Below are positions 1 through 12,430 of a stretch of DNA of 64,000 bases, one piece after another; positions within the stretch are counted from its first letter, which is position 1, and the number at the start of each line of letters is the position of its first letter. Source of the stretch: Octopus vulgaris (lineage: Eukaryota); the NCBI GenBank assembly GCA_951406725.2, contig OX597816.1, positions 132,866,001 to 132,930,000 on the forward strand, in the 5' to 3' direction. The notes under the pieces are model-generated. The model saw only the letters and a list, made by a program, of their open reading frames with translations, ran no database searches and had not been told where the DNA came from. The position numbers and the translations under genes are program-made.

Positions 1-591
1 TTTTATGTCAATACAATGCAGAGGAATGAATGGCCAAATTCCAAGACAGAGTTGTGTCCAAATAAGACAATGATCAGCATTTGGTGGGAGAGGAAGGAGC
101 TAATCTCCTATGAAATGCATTACAATCCATGCAGAACTTCATATTCAACAAATACACTGGTTCAATGAGGCAATCCATCAGAAACAACCCAAAAGACAAC
201 CAGTGTGCTTCTTCAACATGGCAACACTTGCCTCCATGACATTAATTTGATCATGGACACTATTCAAGAGCTCTGTTTGAAAGTCGTATATTCTCCTGAT
301 AATGGTACCTTCATATTATCATCTGTTTTGGTTGTGCTCCAACAGTATGTGAGACATTTCATTCAATAACAATGTAGAGCAGGAAACGTGACATGATAAA
401 TTCTTTGAATCAACACCTGGTGATTTCTACCATCAAGGCATTGACAAACTTGTGGAATGTTGGCAAGAAATAATGAATAATGAAGGAGAATATATTTTTG
501 ACTGATTTCTTAAAATAGTTGATGAAAAATAAGGTTTATAATAAATGAGAAACAAAAAAAAAAGTGAATTAATTTATCTGACAATCCAATA
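1..591 (+). mobile_element. Mariner transposon, decayed 3' half with right TIR
   Basis: Broken frames give KTMISIWWE, LLQHGNT (HDNA-like), YSPD, YHLF and FFESTPGDFYHQGIDKLVECWQEIMNNEGEYIFD*. Ends in AATTTATCTGACAATCCAATA, a mariner-type TIR. Confidence 0.85.
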
Positions 592-663
592 AATATTTAT
601 TTTAATTCATACTTTTTTAAATTAATGTATATATATATATATAAATATAATGATTATACATAC

Positions 664-819
664 CAAGAGCTGAAAGTACTGCAGCTGACCAAAACACTTC
701 TCCAAGAAGGGCTGGCAAATACAACAAACCACCCATTCGCTCACCATATTTAATCTGGAAAGGGTCTAACATGGTAACGTAACCCTGTGTACGCATTTTT
801 TCAGCAAAGAAAAGACCAC
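664..819 (-). CDS. SLC5A7: Choline transporter, third coding exon (156 nt, phase 1-1); gene continues beyond the window start
   Basis: Acceptor tttttcag| and donor CTTG|gtatgt. Reads (G)[51 protein letters not shown](G), closely matching CHT1 [22 protein letters not shown]...EMFWAAAIFSALG. Confidence 0.95.
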
Positions 820-967
820 CTGAAAAATATGTACATAAATTTATACAAATATATGTTTAGATGATGTACTTGTGCATAATAAACACACATCTGTACACAC
901 ACACACACGCGCGCGCAACAGCTTTTCTTAGTTCTAATATGAGCAGTCGCCATATTCTCTTCCATAT

Positions 968-1061
968 CGGCTAACTCTGATGAGCGTAAAGTTATATAAT
1001 CAGATTTTCACCTAACACTCCATTGTATTCTGTACGTGAAATCGATTGGTAAGATCAGCTG
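968..1061 (+). ncRNA. Degenerate type I hammerhead ribozyme-like motif (probable Penelope-type LTR remnant)
   Basis: CGGCTAACT-CTGATGA-GCGTAAAG...CTGTACGT-GAAA-TCGATTGG-TA-AGATCAGCTG. Core boxes are intact; stems I-III pair imperfectly. Confidence 0.55.
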
Positions 1062-1093
1062 TGATGGATATTTAATACTAATCTTTTCAGATA

Positions 1094-1139
<46 letters not shown>

Positions 1140-1304
1140 ATGCGTGTGTGTGTGCATGCATGCATGTGTGTATCTCTGAGTGTGCATGTTTAGATATTTA
1201 TATATAGATATATATGTAGCCATCTATGTAACATACTTAATGTAAACACATCATTTAAAGGTCAAGTTGCTGCAGTATATAATTTAGAATTTCATAAAAT
1301 ATTG

Positions 1305-1518
1305 GTTTCTAATTTCGGCACAAGGCCAACTATTCTGGGGAAAGACTAAAGTCGATTACATCAACTCCCAAAATCAACTTGTACTCATTTTATTGATCCC
1401 CAAAAGATGAAAAGGTAAGTTAACCGAGGCAGAATTTGAACTTAGAATATGAAGATGGATAAAATGCTACTAAGCATTTTTCCCATCATGCTAATGATTC
1501 TGCCAGCTTGCTGCCTTA
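1305..1518 (-). mobile_element. tRNA-type SINE, family A (decayed)
   Basis: Reverse complement of the AAGGCGGCGAGCTGGCAG...GTTCAAATTC...CTTTCATC...GATAAA...GTAC repeat found many times in this window. Confidence 0.8.
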
Positions 1519-2027
1519 GAATTTCATAAAATATTACCTATAAATACATACTTTGCAACAGACATTGATAACTGAGTATTCTCTTTCATATTTTAACACC
1601 TAACAAATCAAGCATGACTATGTACATATAAGTAGCAGATGTTTTTTCAACAAATGTAACTTGTTGGTGTAATTATTTCTCTGAAAAATTTGAGGACGTT
1701 GGGTATTTCTTATCCCCATATTCTTTAAGTCTCTTCATATAGCTTATCGTGGGATATTCACTAGCCTCTCTGTGGAACTGTTATAGGTCTTGGTTCAGTT
1801 TGAAAGTCCACTGGAACTTTTCTTGATAGTCCCATGGTCTGTGATAGCTGACTCTGGGTTCTTTCACCTCCATGGTTTACATTTAGTAATTTCCACATGG
1901 TATGTATTTCCCTGTTTGATTACTGCTACAATCTTTGTATGCAAATATGTATGTATGCAGGCACATAAATATATATACATGTACGTATATATGTGTACAT
2001 GTATGTATATGTGTATATCTATATCCA

Positions 2028-2095
<68 letters not shown>

Positions 2096-2387
2096 TCTAT
2101 TTATATATAAATATGTACATTCCTTATTTTTGGAATATTTTGAAATATACACATATTATCATTTATAGCTTTATGTGTGTGCTTCAAGATATTCCCCAAA
2201 AGAATTTTTTTACATTCTCTTGAAAGTTTATAAATTTTTATGATGTCAACAACATGCAATATATTCGTGTGTGTGTATGTGTGTGTGTGGTTGCTTTGTT
2301 TATAGCAATTCCTCTACTGCTTGTGTGTGTGTGTATGTGTATTATATATTTGAGTGTGTTTTATGCCTGTATATGTGTGTGTATGTG

Positions 2388-2744
2388 CATGTGTTTATTG
2401 ACATCTTCAAAAAGGCCACATCATCTATGGAGAGTACTATACCAAGTTGCTGAGGCAGTTATGAAAGGTTATCAAGACCAAATGCCCAGAAAAACTGCAT
2501 AAAGGGATCCTGTTTCATCAGGACAATGCTCCAGCAGACAAAACCTTGTTATCAATGGTTATTGTATGTGACTGTGGCTTTGAACTGGTTGATCCCCACC
2601 ACCATTCTCCTGGTCCAAGCATTGCAACACCAATGGCAGAAATGTGTGGGTTGCAAGGGAGACTTTGTTGAAAAATAAACCTCATATGGTCACATTACAT
2701 AAAAGTATCTCTGTCAGCCTATGAACTTTTCAGCTGACCCTCAT
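2388..2744 (+). mobile_element. Mariner transposon fragment (second family) with right TIR
   Basis: Reads GEYYTKLLRQL*KVIKTKCPEKLHKGILFHQDNAPA...GFELVDPHHHSP, then WQKCVGCKGDFVEK*. Ends AACTTTTCAGCTGACCCTCAT. Confidence 0.85.
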
Positions 2745-3108
2745 TTAATATGAAGGATAAATAACAGAAATTAGTAAAGATCAATGTTATACACTGGATC
2801 AAGCGTGTCACATTTCACTCCAGCTTCTACAGTCCCTATACATTCAAAGCTCCTGTTTTTATTATGTAACATTAGACTTTTAAAATATTTCATACAATCT
2901 GCTTACTACATGGAAAGAGAATCCCTTATCACAAAGGGATCCTTTTTCCATGTAGTAATACATGTGTAAATTTATCTTTGAATGAGTCACAATGGCCATG
3001 AGACTAATGTACTGAACTACTAATCATAATGTAGGCATGAATTTAAAACTTACTACAGTAGCCATTGTGGTGTGGTCCTGAGAAGGGTACAAATACACAT
3101 ACACTCAT

Positions 3109-3155
<47 letters not shown>

Positions 3156-3536
3156 TACACATTATGTATGTGTCTTTCATTAGTTTGGTCTAATGGAAAA
3201 GGTTGTGCCTTCATGAACCCCAACAGGCCCTTTAAGCCCAGCAAAATCAACAGGATTAATGTTCCTCTTGAATAGTTGCAACTACGCGACAATCCCAAAC
3301 TTTTCCACTGTATTCATGTTAGTATGGGAAAAAATTATGCAAAACAATGAAGAAAGATCTGAAACAATGATTTTCATACTTATTCTTAATGTTTTCTGAA
3401 TGATTCAAGTGTAAATATGCTAGTCACTGTTGTGTATGTCACAAGAGAACAACTTCTTCCTCATATGATGATTGTGTGATCATAGTTTAGTAATCTTAGT
3501 TGAAAGTCGAAAAATCTTAATTAAAATCTTACTTAC

Positions 3537-3644
3537 CAAATATAAGACTCAGGGCATATCCAATAGGTGCCTGGCACCAGAATAATCCATCACGAACGAT
3601 AATTTCAGCTGTTCCATTGATATAGGCACCTCCAACCCATGTTG
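3537..3644 (-). CDS. SLC5A7: Choline transporter, second coding exon (108 nt, phase 1-1)
   Basis: Acceptor ttttacag| and donor TTTG|gtaagt. Reads (A)[35 protein letters not shown](G), the CHT1 ATWVGGxYINGTAE motif, in frame with exon 1. Not in the ORF track. Confidence 0.95.
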
Positions 3645-4276
3645 CTGTAAAACAAAATCAAACCATGCATGGAAAGATTAGCATTGGATTGTGTATGGTA
3701 TGTGTATTATGAAGGAAAGTCAAAACATTGTTATTATTGTCTCAGGTGGCAAACAATCAAAAGACTAAAATAAATAGAACTCTTCACTAAATGGCTTGCA
3801 GTATTTAGTTTCTAAATTTTAACTTTATTTCTCCAAAAATTGAGAAAATAATTACCAAGAATGAAATGTAGTGAATTCAATCAGATGAATCTCTCATGGA
3901 TTTCATGGTATCAAAATGTAAGTGACAGAGAACTACACAAACACTTCTACACTGGACAATGCTAAAGCAGAATCAATGTAACACCATATGGGGCAAGGCT
4001 AGCTCTTTGAATTACAGATGTGGTCCTTCTGATGAGCTTCCACACAATTTTTAATTTCACTGAAAAAGCTTGTATTGTCCATATCTGTCATCTTATGCCC
4101 TAGGACTCATACGGTCAGAGCTTAAACCCAGTTTTCTTAGTGACTGAGATTCCCTCCCCCACCCCAGTGGGTTGTTTGTCTGTCATACAGTTAACTTCTC
4201 AGCTTTTACTGGAACTTATTTATGCTGGAGCGTTCTGGAGCAATATGAAATGAAGTGTTTTTCCTCAAGAACACAA

Positions 4277-4508
4277 AAGGTGGTGAGCTGGCAGGAACGT
4301 TAGCACGCCAGGCGAAATGCTTAGCGGTATTTCATCTGCTTCTATGTTCCGAGTTCAAATTCCGCTGAGGTTGTCTTCGCCTTTTATCCTTTCAGAGTCG
4401 ATTAAATAAGTACCAGTTATGCACTGGGGTCAATATAATCAACCTAATCCATTTGTCTGCCCTTGTTTGTCACCTCTGTGTATAGCCTCTTGTGGGCAGT
4501 AAAGAAAT
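4277..4508 (+). mobile_element. Full-length family A SINE with 10-bp TSD, nested in an older minus-strand SINE (~4100-4590)
   Basis: AAGAACACAA is duplicated at 4267-4276 and 4509-4518. A-box-like TGGCAGGAACGTTAG and B-box-like GTTCAAATTCC are present. Confidence 0.9.
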
Positions 4509-6533
4509 AAGAACACAATGCGCTGCCTGGAGTAGCAATTGAAATCACATAATAATGATCATGAGTGCAACACCCTAACGACAAGACTGCACACCTTCCC
4601 TTTGAATTGACCAAAGCCTACAGTTAGAAATTTTTCTAACACAATTAGCTTCACAGTGGGATTAAATTTAACTCACCATGATTATAAAGAAAATTTCTTA
4701 AACCATTCAGCTATACTCTCTCCCCAACAAATTCCTGCTTCTGGATGAATGAAAGAAAGGAAATATCTAGCTTAACTTTTGCTAAGAAATCTCTGCAGAG
4801 AGAAAATTCCTAATTTCATTTTTGTGTTCACTCAGAAATTCCAGTAAGAGAATTCTATGGGGAACTATATTATCAGTGTTTCTATTACAGTCCAATATCA
4901 CAGGAAGGCCTGCGGTCAACAGTGTCAAGAAATTAAAACACTTGTGATGATTCTTTAAATATTGAACTAGCAACCTTTGGTACTTACATACATCTAGGTG
5001 GATTACACCATTGAGAGGCAATGTTTAACCTGTTGTGAGAATATTCAGCAATCACCTGATGGTTGTGATTTGCTAGAATAACCCATGTTATAAAAAACAT
5101 GGGTTCCCCTAGAACTGGTTCTAGCAACAATTCCATCAGTGTATATTCAGTAGTTTTAACTACTTGGCAGAGAGCATTAAGACACCATAGGAGATGATTT
5201 ACAGAAACAGTAGAAACATAAAGGCATTGAACAGTTGGTAAGACAAATGACATTAGAAGTCAGTAGCACAGCAAACAGCTAACCACACTTTAGCTACATC
5301 AAGAACAATAACATTCAAAACTCTTTCCACAATTAATATAGTAATGACATTAGTCGTTTTTATATTTGTGTGTATACAAAAAGAATAAAAATATTGTTTG
5401 TCAAAAATCCAAATAGATTCCATCTGTGTCTTCATACAACCCCACAGGTACTATGAATTCTGACAGAAAACAAACTTCTAATCCTTTGGATGGATAACTG
5501 GTACTGTTTTGATTTAGTGGTGTTGATTGGCAGAACTGTTTTTTAACTACCATCACCATCAACATCAATAATGCCTTCATCATAGTCGCCACCACTGCCA
5601 CCAAAATCATTACTAATATTTCAAGTTCCCTGCAAGTATTCCCTCGAGTATTAGAATGAGGAAAAATATCCAGGGAAGCCTGCAGCATGTAAACTTCATA
5701 TAGTAAAGTGGGTGTTAATATATATTGATGTTGTAAACCAAACAGTGTTCATTAATTCAAATTATATTCTTAGCGTTCAGAATAGATCCTTATCTAAATT
5801 CCAAAGTTTGGTCATGCAGAAGCAGGGAAGATAGCGACTGAAAATATAATTAAAATTGAGAGGAGATCTCTTCTTTGGTTGTACAATGACAACTCTGGAC
5901 AACTTTCAGCTTTTCATTAGATCTCATTAGTGAAATATCGATTATTGATATTTGTTAGACTTTAGAATGACTAGAGACACTTAGGTTTTTTTCCTAAATA
6001 AACATTGAGTAGCATAATAACTTATAAGAATGCTTACAGAAAAATACCCAGGTCCACCTGCTGCTTGAAAGCTTAATAGTAAAGTGTGTACAATCATATT
6101 TGATGTGGTAATCCAAGAAATTTTATGAATCAAAATAACTCCATTAATATATATTATATCTTAGTTCACTCAAATGTTGGGAATAGGTGCAAGATATTCT
6201 GAGAATTTCATTTATGATAGACTAATATTTTATCAAGGAAAATTTATCTCTCATTTGCTCAATGCCTTCAATTTGAACTGAACCATTGGTACTTAAAAAG
6301 CATTATGTACTCTTAGTTGTCATTGTTGTTGTTATCATCATTATTATTATTTATTTTTATCACAGGTTTTGTTGGAACTCCTGGTGTCTTATGTGCATAG
6401 TGGGCTTGCTACCTGCAGCCCACAGTACCATGCTATCCGTTCTTTTCAGCCATTTAATACTTTCCTGATCATTCTGGCCATTCCAAGGAGGTGCCAAAGA
6501 GGCAAATCTTTTATTATTATTATTATTATTGAT

Positions 6534-6750
6534 GAGGCAGTAAGCTGGCAGAATTGTTAGCATGCTGGACCAAATGCTTTACAGTATTTTGTCTGCCACT
6601 ACGTTTTGAATTCAAATTCCACTGGGGTCGACATTGCCTTTCATCCTTTCAGGCCACTTAAATAAGTACCAGTTATGCACTGGTGTCGATGTAATCGACT
6701 TAATCCCTTCCCCCAAATTTGAGGCCTTGTGCTTCCAGTAGAAAGGATTA
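6534..6750 (+). mobile_element. Family A SINE between (ATT)n and (ATC)n tracts
   Basis: AGCTGGCAGAATTGTTAGC...TTCAAATTCC...GCCTTTCATCCTTTC...AAATAAGTACCAG. Confidence 0.85.
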
Positions 6751-6829
6751 TTATCATCATCATCAACGTTATTATAATTATTATTTATATTAAGGTGGCA
6801 TGCAGGCAGAGTTGTAAATGCATCGGATG

Positions 6830-7020
6830 AATTGCTGAGGGAACAATTATCTCTGCTAGCAAGAAAAGGATTTTCTCTCTCTCTCTCTCTCTGAAGGAAG
6901 GGCATATTGTATGATGCTTGTACACAAAGTATGATGTTGTTTGGTGGTAAAACATGGGCACTGAATATGCATCATATGCAAATGCTGGAAAGCAAATAGG
7001 CCCTGCTGAATGTGCACCAT
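6830..7020 (+). mobile_element. RTE-clade LINE reverse-transcriptase C-terminal scrap
   Basis: Reads KGILYDACTQSMMLFGGKTWALN, the same block as the RTE fragment at 11735-12040. Confidence 0.65.
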
Positions 7021-7048
7021 CAACATCCCTACCACCACCACCACCACT

Positions 7049-7079
<31 letters not shown>

Positions 7080-7333
7080 TTTAAAGTCCACTTCACCATG
7101 CTTGTATGGGTTGGACGGAATTTTTAAATTGGATTTTCTAAAGCAAGACAGTAGCCAACCCTCATCTGTTTCCAAGTAAAGTAATATTCTCTGTGGACAT
7201 GCATATTTTTTCCATGAAAGATTGGAAATTAAGAACACTACTTGCATGATGGAGATATTCATTTACAACTATCACTTGAAGTCAGTAACACACACACACA
7301 CACACACACTCACACGCACACACAGAGGCACAA

Positions 7334-7364
<31 letters not shown>

Positions 7365-8369
7365 CACACACAAGCACAAACACACACACACACACACAGA
7401 GTTATACTAATACACATGTACACACATACATTCACACATATATACACAATCAATAAATTGCTAACCTGCTAACCTTATTAAACACACATACACATGTGCG
7501 TGCGTGCACACTCACACACACACACACACAATGTGCTTCTTTCAATTTCTCTCTATCAAATCCACTCACGAGGTTTTGGCTGGCCTTGGGCTATAGTGGA
7601 AAACACTTGTCCAAAGAGCCACTGAACCTGGAACCATGTGGCTGGGAAGCCTACAGCCACCCCTGCACCTATATACATATATAAAGCAATCATTTCGACA
7701 TCTGACATGTGGTACCCAGTTGCACCTGTATAGATAACGTCAATTTGATGGCGGAAGTGAGCTTATGTCCACACAAACATTTGATCACTATAAACAAATC
7801 ATCTGTGTGGTTGTTCAGTAAGAAATTGTTGAACCCTCATATGTCATCTAACAGTGGGAGAGTCCATTATATATATGTAAAACAGCATCAGAGCCAAGCA
7901 GTAATTAAGAATAAATGAACTGTAGGTTAATTGAAATATGTTTGTGATATATTTTAACTTCTAAAGGCAAGCTCACTGCAGTTACCATGGAGAAAAAATT
8001 CTTTGTTATTGTAAAACCACCAAATCTGTCCAATGTCGCCCTCTGTCAGACTCCTAGATGGCTGTTTCTGACACTTTAGCTTTCCTCAATGGGAAATACT
8101 GAAGAGAGATAATCCAAGGCAAATTAAAGTCATGACTTTAACTAAAAAACAGTCAACATCAGTGATTGATTTGCACTATTCAACTACCTGACCAAAATAA
8201 ACTTAACAATATCCGCACCAAGCAGTGATTTAGAAGAAACAAAATTGAGGTTGTTAAAATATATTTGTGACATAATTGCAGCGTGGAAGGTGGTTGGTGT
8301 ATATATTTCCTTTTACTTTTTACATATATATAAACATATATAAACACACACACACACATGTATAGATAT

Positions 8370-8770
8370 GGCTGTGCAGTAAAAACTTGCTTCTCCAGCA
8401 CATGCTTTCTGGGTTTAGTCCCACTGTGTGGAAACTTCTATAGCCTCAGGCAGACAAAAGTAGATATGGTAGATGGAAACTGAAAGAAAAGAAGCTGATT
8501 GTTTATATATATATGCATGTATATATATATATATATGTATATATGTGTGTGTCTTTGTGTTTGTGTTTGTGTTTGTCACCCCCACTATTACTTGACAACT
8601 GATATTGGTGTGTTTATGTTCCCATAATTTAGCAGTTCAGCAAAAGAGACCAGTAGAATAAGTACTAAGCTTACAAAGAATAAGTCTGGAGGCTGATTTC
8701 TTCGGCCCAAAAACTTTTTGAAGCAGTGCTTCAGCATGGTCACAGCCACATGACTGAAACAAGTAAAAGA
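8370..8770 (+). mobile_element. tRNA-type SINE, family B (internal microsatellite), decayed
   Basis: GGCTGTG...CTTGCTT...AGTCCCACTG head, GGAAACTGAAAGAA, a TA/TG tract and the AGAATAAGTACT...GACTGAAACAAGTAAAAGA tail. Shared with about 12 other copies (e.g. 9465-9615, 15110-15665, 16707-16866, 46610-47003). Confidence 0.8.
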
Positions 8771-8784
8771 ATATATATATATAT

Positions 8785-9445
8785 CATCATCATCATCATC
8801 ATCATTTAACGTCCGCTTTCCATGCTAGCATGGGTTGGACGGTTCAACTGGGGTCTGGGGAGCCCAAAGGCTGCACCAGGCCAGTCAGATCTGGCAGTGT
8901 TTCTACAGCTGGATGCCCTTCCTAACGCCAACCACTCCGAGAGTGTAGTGGGTGATTTTATGTGCCACCGACACAGGTGCCAGACGAGGCTGGCAGACGG
9001 CCACGCTCGGATGGTGTTTTTATGTGCCACCGACACAGGTGCCAGATGAGGCTGGCGACGGCTACGATCAGATGGTGTTTGTTACGTGCCCACAGCATGG
9101 AGGCCAGTCGATGCGGTACTGGCTACGGCCACATTCGGATGGTTTTCTTGTGTGTCACCGGCACTGGTACCACAAAGATACAAATTCCATTGATGTTCAT
9201 CTATTTTGGTTTGTTTTGTTTTGATTTGATTTGTTTTGATTTTCACTTGCCTCAACAGGTCTTCACAAGTGTCACAAGAAGGAAGGTATGCACAGGTGGA
9301 CTGACTACGTCCCAGGTAGGGGCCACGGGTTATGGCCTGACTAGTCTTGCTGGGTCTTCGGATGGTGTTTTTATGTGCCACCGACACAGGTGCCAGATGA
9401 GGCTGGCGAATGGCCACGATCGGATGGTGTTTGTTACGTGCCCAT
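8785..9445 (-). mobile_element. Young copy of the RTE-LINE 3' tail repeat (family C) with internal ~60-bp direct repeats
   Basis: (CAT)n-TTTAACGTCCGCTTTCCATGCTAGCATGGG...GGATGCCCTTCCTAACGCCAACCAC. TTTTATGTGCCACCGACACAGGTGCCAGA recurs at ~8956, ~9018 and ~9369; CpGs are retained. Confidence 0.85.
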
Positions 9446-11329
9446 ATATATATATGTATATATACAACAGTCTTCTTTCAGTTTCCATCTACCAAATCCA
9501 CTCACAAGGCTTTTGTTAGCCCAAAGCTATAGTAGAAGACATTTGCCCCAGGTGCCATGCAGTGGGACTGAATCGGGAACCATGTGGTTGGGAAGCAAGC
9601 TTCTTACCACAGCTGTGTCTGCACGTATGCATATTTTTATAATTAAATATTATAAGGAACTGCATTAAAAAAAAAATTGTTGAGGTATTTTGTGTATTAT
9701 AGAAATATAAACAATTCATTGCAGACAAATTTTAGCAACAAAATCTAATATGGATCTCAATTGGGAACCACTGCTATAAATGATAAAGAACACGATGAAA
9801 AAATGAAACAAAACAACCGTTTCTGGCATCAGATTATGGCAAAGAGCACTCACTTGCAAAGTAACAGAACCACTTCAAAACATAAATAAAAGCATAAAAA
9901 ATAAATAAATAAATAAAACCCTAACTAAAACAAATAATGCCATCATTATTCACTCCATGCTATAATCTGAAAGCTGTCATGTTAGTTAGAACGAAGAGCC
10001 AATCAAATTTTAAGATATAGTTTTTAATGTATTTCTATTGGCTGATTGAATGAAATAGCTGCAACATTTCCTCTCAGGCCAATTTACCTTTCTCAGAATA
10101 GTTAGTTGAAAGATTTTTGCTAAAAATAACTTCAACTTCTAATTTGATATTGCTATTTTTCCAATTTCTGTTTTCTTTTTTTTTGTTTATATTTTATTGG
10201 TCAGATATTCAGTGATGTTTATATTGTTTTGTCTGTGAACATCATAATCAATGAGGTTTTTTTTTTTTTAAAGAAAGAGATTTCCATGGTGATGTTCTGA
10301 CTCTCACTATTATCTTCCCTTCCATGTTGATGTTAGAAAGATAAGAATTAGGTTAAGTAATGTTTCATGTAAATTATACTCTTATTTTCAAATTTGGTTC
10401 CTAAAAGGGAATCAAATTTCTGTTTGAAATGGATTTCTATAGATTTCCATCCAATTGAAAGTGTACACAACCAGCTCTACTTATTAGACAATTTTATTGA
10501 TTTCTATTTTCGTTTTTTTTTGTGTGTGTGCATCATCTCTCTTTGATTTTATCACTTAACTAAAGACGATGAATACGGTCTTGATGATGATGATGATGAT
10601 GATTGTAATGGTGATGCTGATGATGGTGGTGAAGCTGTTAATACTAATGATAGTGAAGGTATAAACAACCACACTGCGTTTTCTGAGACTCCAAAATATG
10701 AAATCCTTTACTTAACACTAAAAGAAGGAAAAAAAAAAGGTAATCGTTGGAAGCAGGAAAGGACATCCAGCCATAAAATGCTGTTTCAAATAGTCCTCGT
10801 CCAACCTATGCTGTCACAAAAAACCGAACATTAACTGAATGAATTACAGTCTGAAATTATAGCCTGAGAACATGATCAGAAAATGAAGACATTATAAAGA
10901 ATCTATATCTTTGTAGTCTTTCTCAGAAGTAACAGTCATTGTAAAAGGTGCAATAAGAGCAAAATATGTCCAGAGTTGTTCCTGTGTACTACTAAATGTC
11001 AAACTCACGTTGCATTGCATTCGATATCTTTTAACTTTTACTTGATTCAATCACTGGACTGTGGCCATGCCGTGGCACTGTCTTGAAGGGTTTAGTCAAA
11101 TAAATTTACCCCAGTACTTATACTTTAGGTTTGGTATGTATTCTATGCATCTCTTGTATCAAGTCATTATAATACAGGGATGTAAATAAAACAATACCAG
11201 TTGTCAAGCAATGAAAAGGGTGACAAACAACAAATACACTGACACATATATACATACATACAAACATACATGCATATATACATGCATGCATACATATATA
11301 CATACATATACACTCCCACACATACATAC

Positions 11330-11730
11330 ATACATACATGATAGCTTCCCCCTCATTATCGAGTATGGCCATTGCACGAAGCTTAACTGTTACTGGTGCT
11401 GTGATCGAATGTGACTTTTTAGCCCAGCCAAAGATTTCCAATGTCTTGTACAGAATTGGCAGCTAAAACCTTTACAGGTAATAGCCTGCTGTAGTTGTAA
11501 CTGGGCTTCATGTACCTTTGCATGTCATTTAAGTCCCCCTGCTGAATTACACTCTCTTCCACATGCCTGGCAGATATGATTAGTATGGTGTGTAACACCA
11601 CCACCAGTGGCCAGGTTGTCACTCATCTGTCTCGCTTTATGACTACGAAGATGACTCTGGAATCCAGCTTTACTGAGGCAGGGTCTTGCACAGACACTGC
11701 ATGTGAACATCATAGGAAGACCCTTCCCAT
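11330..11730 (-). mobile_element. 3' end of a LINE with two C-terminal C2H2 zinc fingers and a (TATG)n tail
   Basis: FTCSVCARPCLSKAGFQSHLRSH and HICQACGRECNSAGGLK*HAKVH, followed by a short 3' UTR running into (TATG)n. No TGEKP linkers. Confidence 0.7.
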
Positions 11731-11734
11731 CTGA

Positions 11735-12040
11735 CATTTCACATCCAGCAAAATATACTGCTTTCATTTCTTTCAAGCTTACAAATGTCATCAGTTGTCA
11801 CAGCCCATGTTTTACTGCCATGCAGCATAGCTGTTTGCACACAGGCATCATACATACTATGAGGGAGAGGCCCTTTGTTACCAGCAGAAGTAGGAGCTCT
11901 CTGAACTTTGCCTAGCCTATTATTATTCTCACAGCTATGCTCTTGGAGCATCCACCTCCATTACTAACTTGGTCACCTAGATAACGGAAGGTATCTTCTA
12001 CCTCTAGCTTACCCCACTGGCAGTTGATGGAGACTATTTT
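11735..12040 (-). mobile_element. RTE-clade LINE reverse-transcriptase C-terminal fragment
   Basis: LEVEDTFRYLGDQVSNGGGC...KFRELLPLLVTKGLSL...YDACVQTAMLHGSKTWAVTTDDICKLERNE, with frameshifts. Confidence 0.85.
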
Positions 12041-12044
12041 CAAG

Positions 12045-12098
<54 letters not shown>

Positions 12099-12105
<7 letters not shown>

Positions 12106-12410
12106 TGGGAGTGTAACTCCAAACTTACAGGGAAAAATTCAATTTTGTATTAAATCAAATTTCACAGTATAAATATATAAAATATGAATTAGAGATAAAA
12201 CCACTATTATGCAACTCAAACAGTGATAGACATAAACCAATGCATAAATAACAAATAATATATATAATTAATATAATATATAATATATATAAAATTTATA
12301 TATATATAATATTATATTAATTATATATATCATTTGTTATTTATGCATTGGTCTATGTCTATCACTGTTTGAGTTGCGTAATAGTTGTTTTATCTCTAAT
12401 TCATATTATA
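12099..12410. repeat. Palindromic element inside (TA)n: ~95-bp inverted arms (~12182-12278 and ~12311-12406)
   Basis: ATATGAATTAGAGATAAAACCACTATTATGCAACTCAAACAGTGATAGACATA is mirrored by TATGTCTATCACTGTTTGAGTTGCGTAATAGTTGTTTTATCTCTAATTCATAT. Confidence 0.9.
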
Positions 12411-12430
12411 TATATATATATATATATGTA

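Noticed and set aside
3620-3635. GGAYING instead of vertebrate GGGYING
   Set aside because: A conservative change that I recall in other invertebrate CHT1 proteins; not evidence of altered function.
4020-4075. CTGATGAGCTT...GAAAAAGCTT as another hammerhead
   Set aside because: Stem II does not close next to GAAA and no stem I or III can be formed.
4277-4375. tRNA gene-like A/B boxes (also in the other SINE heads)
   Set aside because: No cloverleaf; the boxes continue into SINE bodies with TSDs.
4780-5700. Cluster of minus-strand ORFs in complex sequence
   Set aside because: No recognisable motif or consistent splice sites; probably an old unidentifiable TE.
8956-9445. Spaced ~30-bp direct repeats resembling a CRISPR array
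   Set aside because: The spacers are related to each other, spacing is irregular, the repeats lie in an RTE 3' tail, and there are no cas genes in this eukaryotic context.
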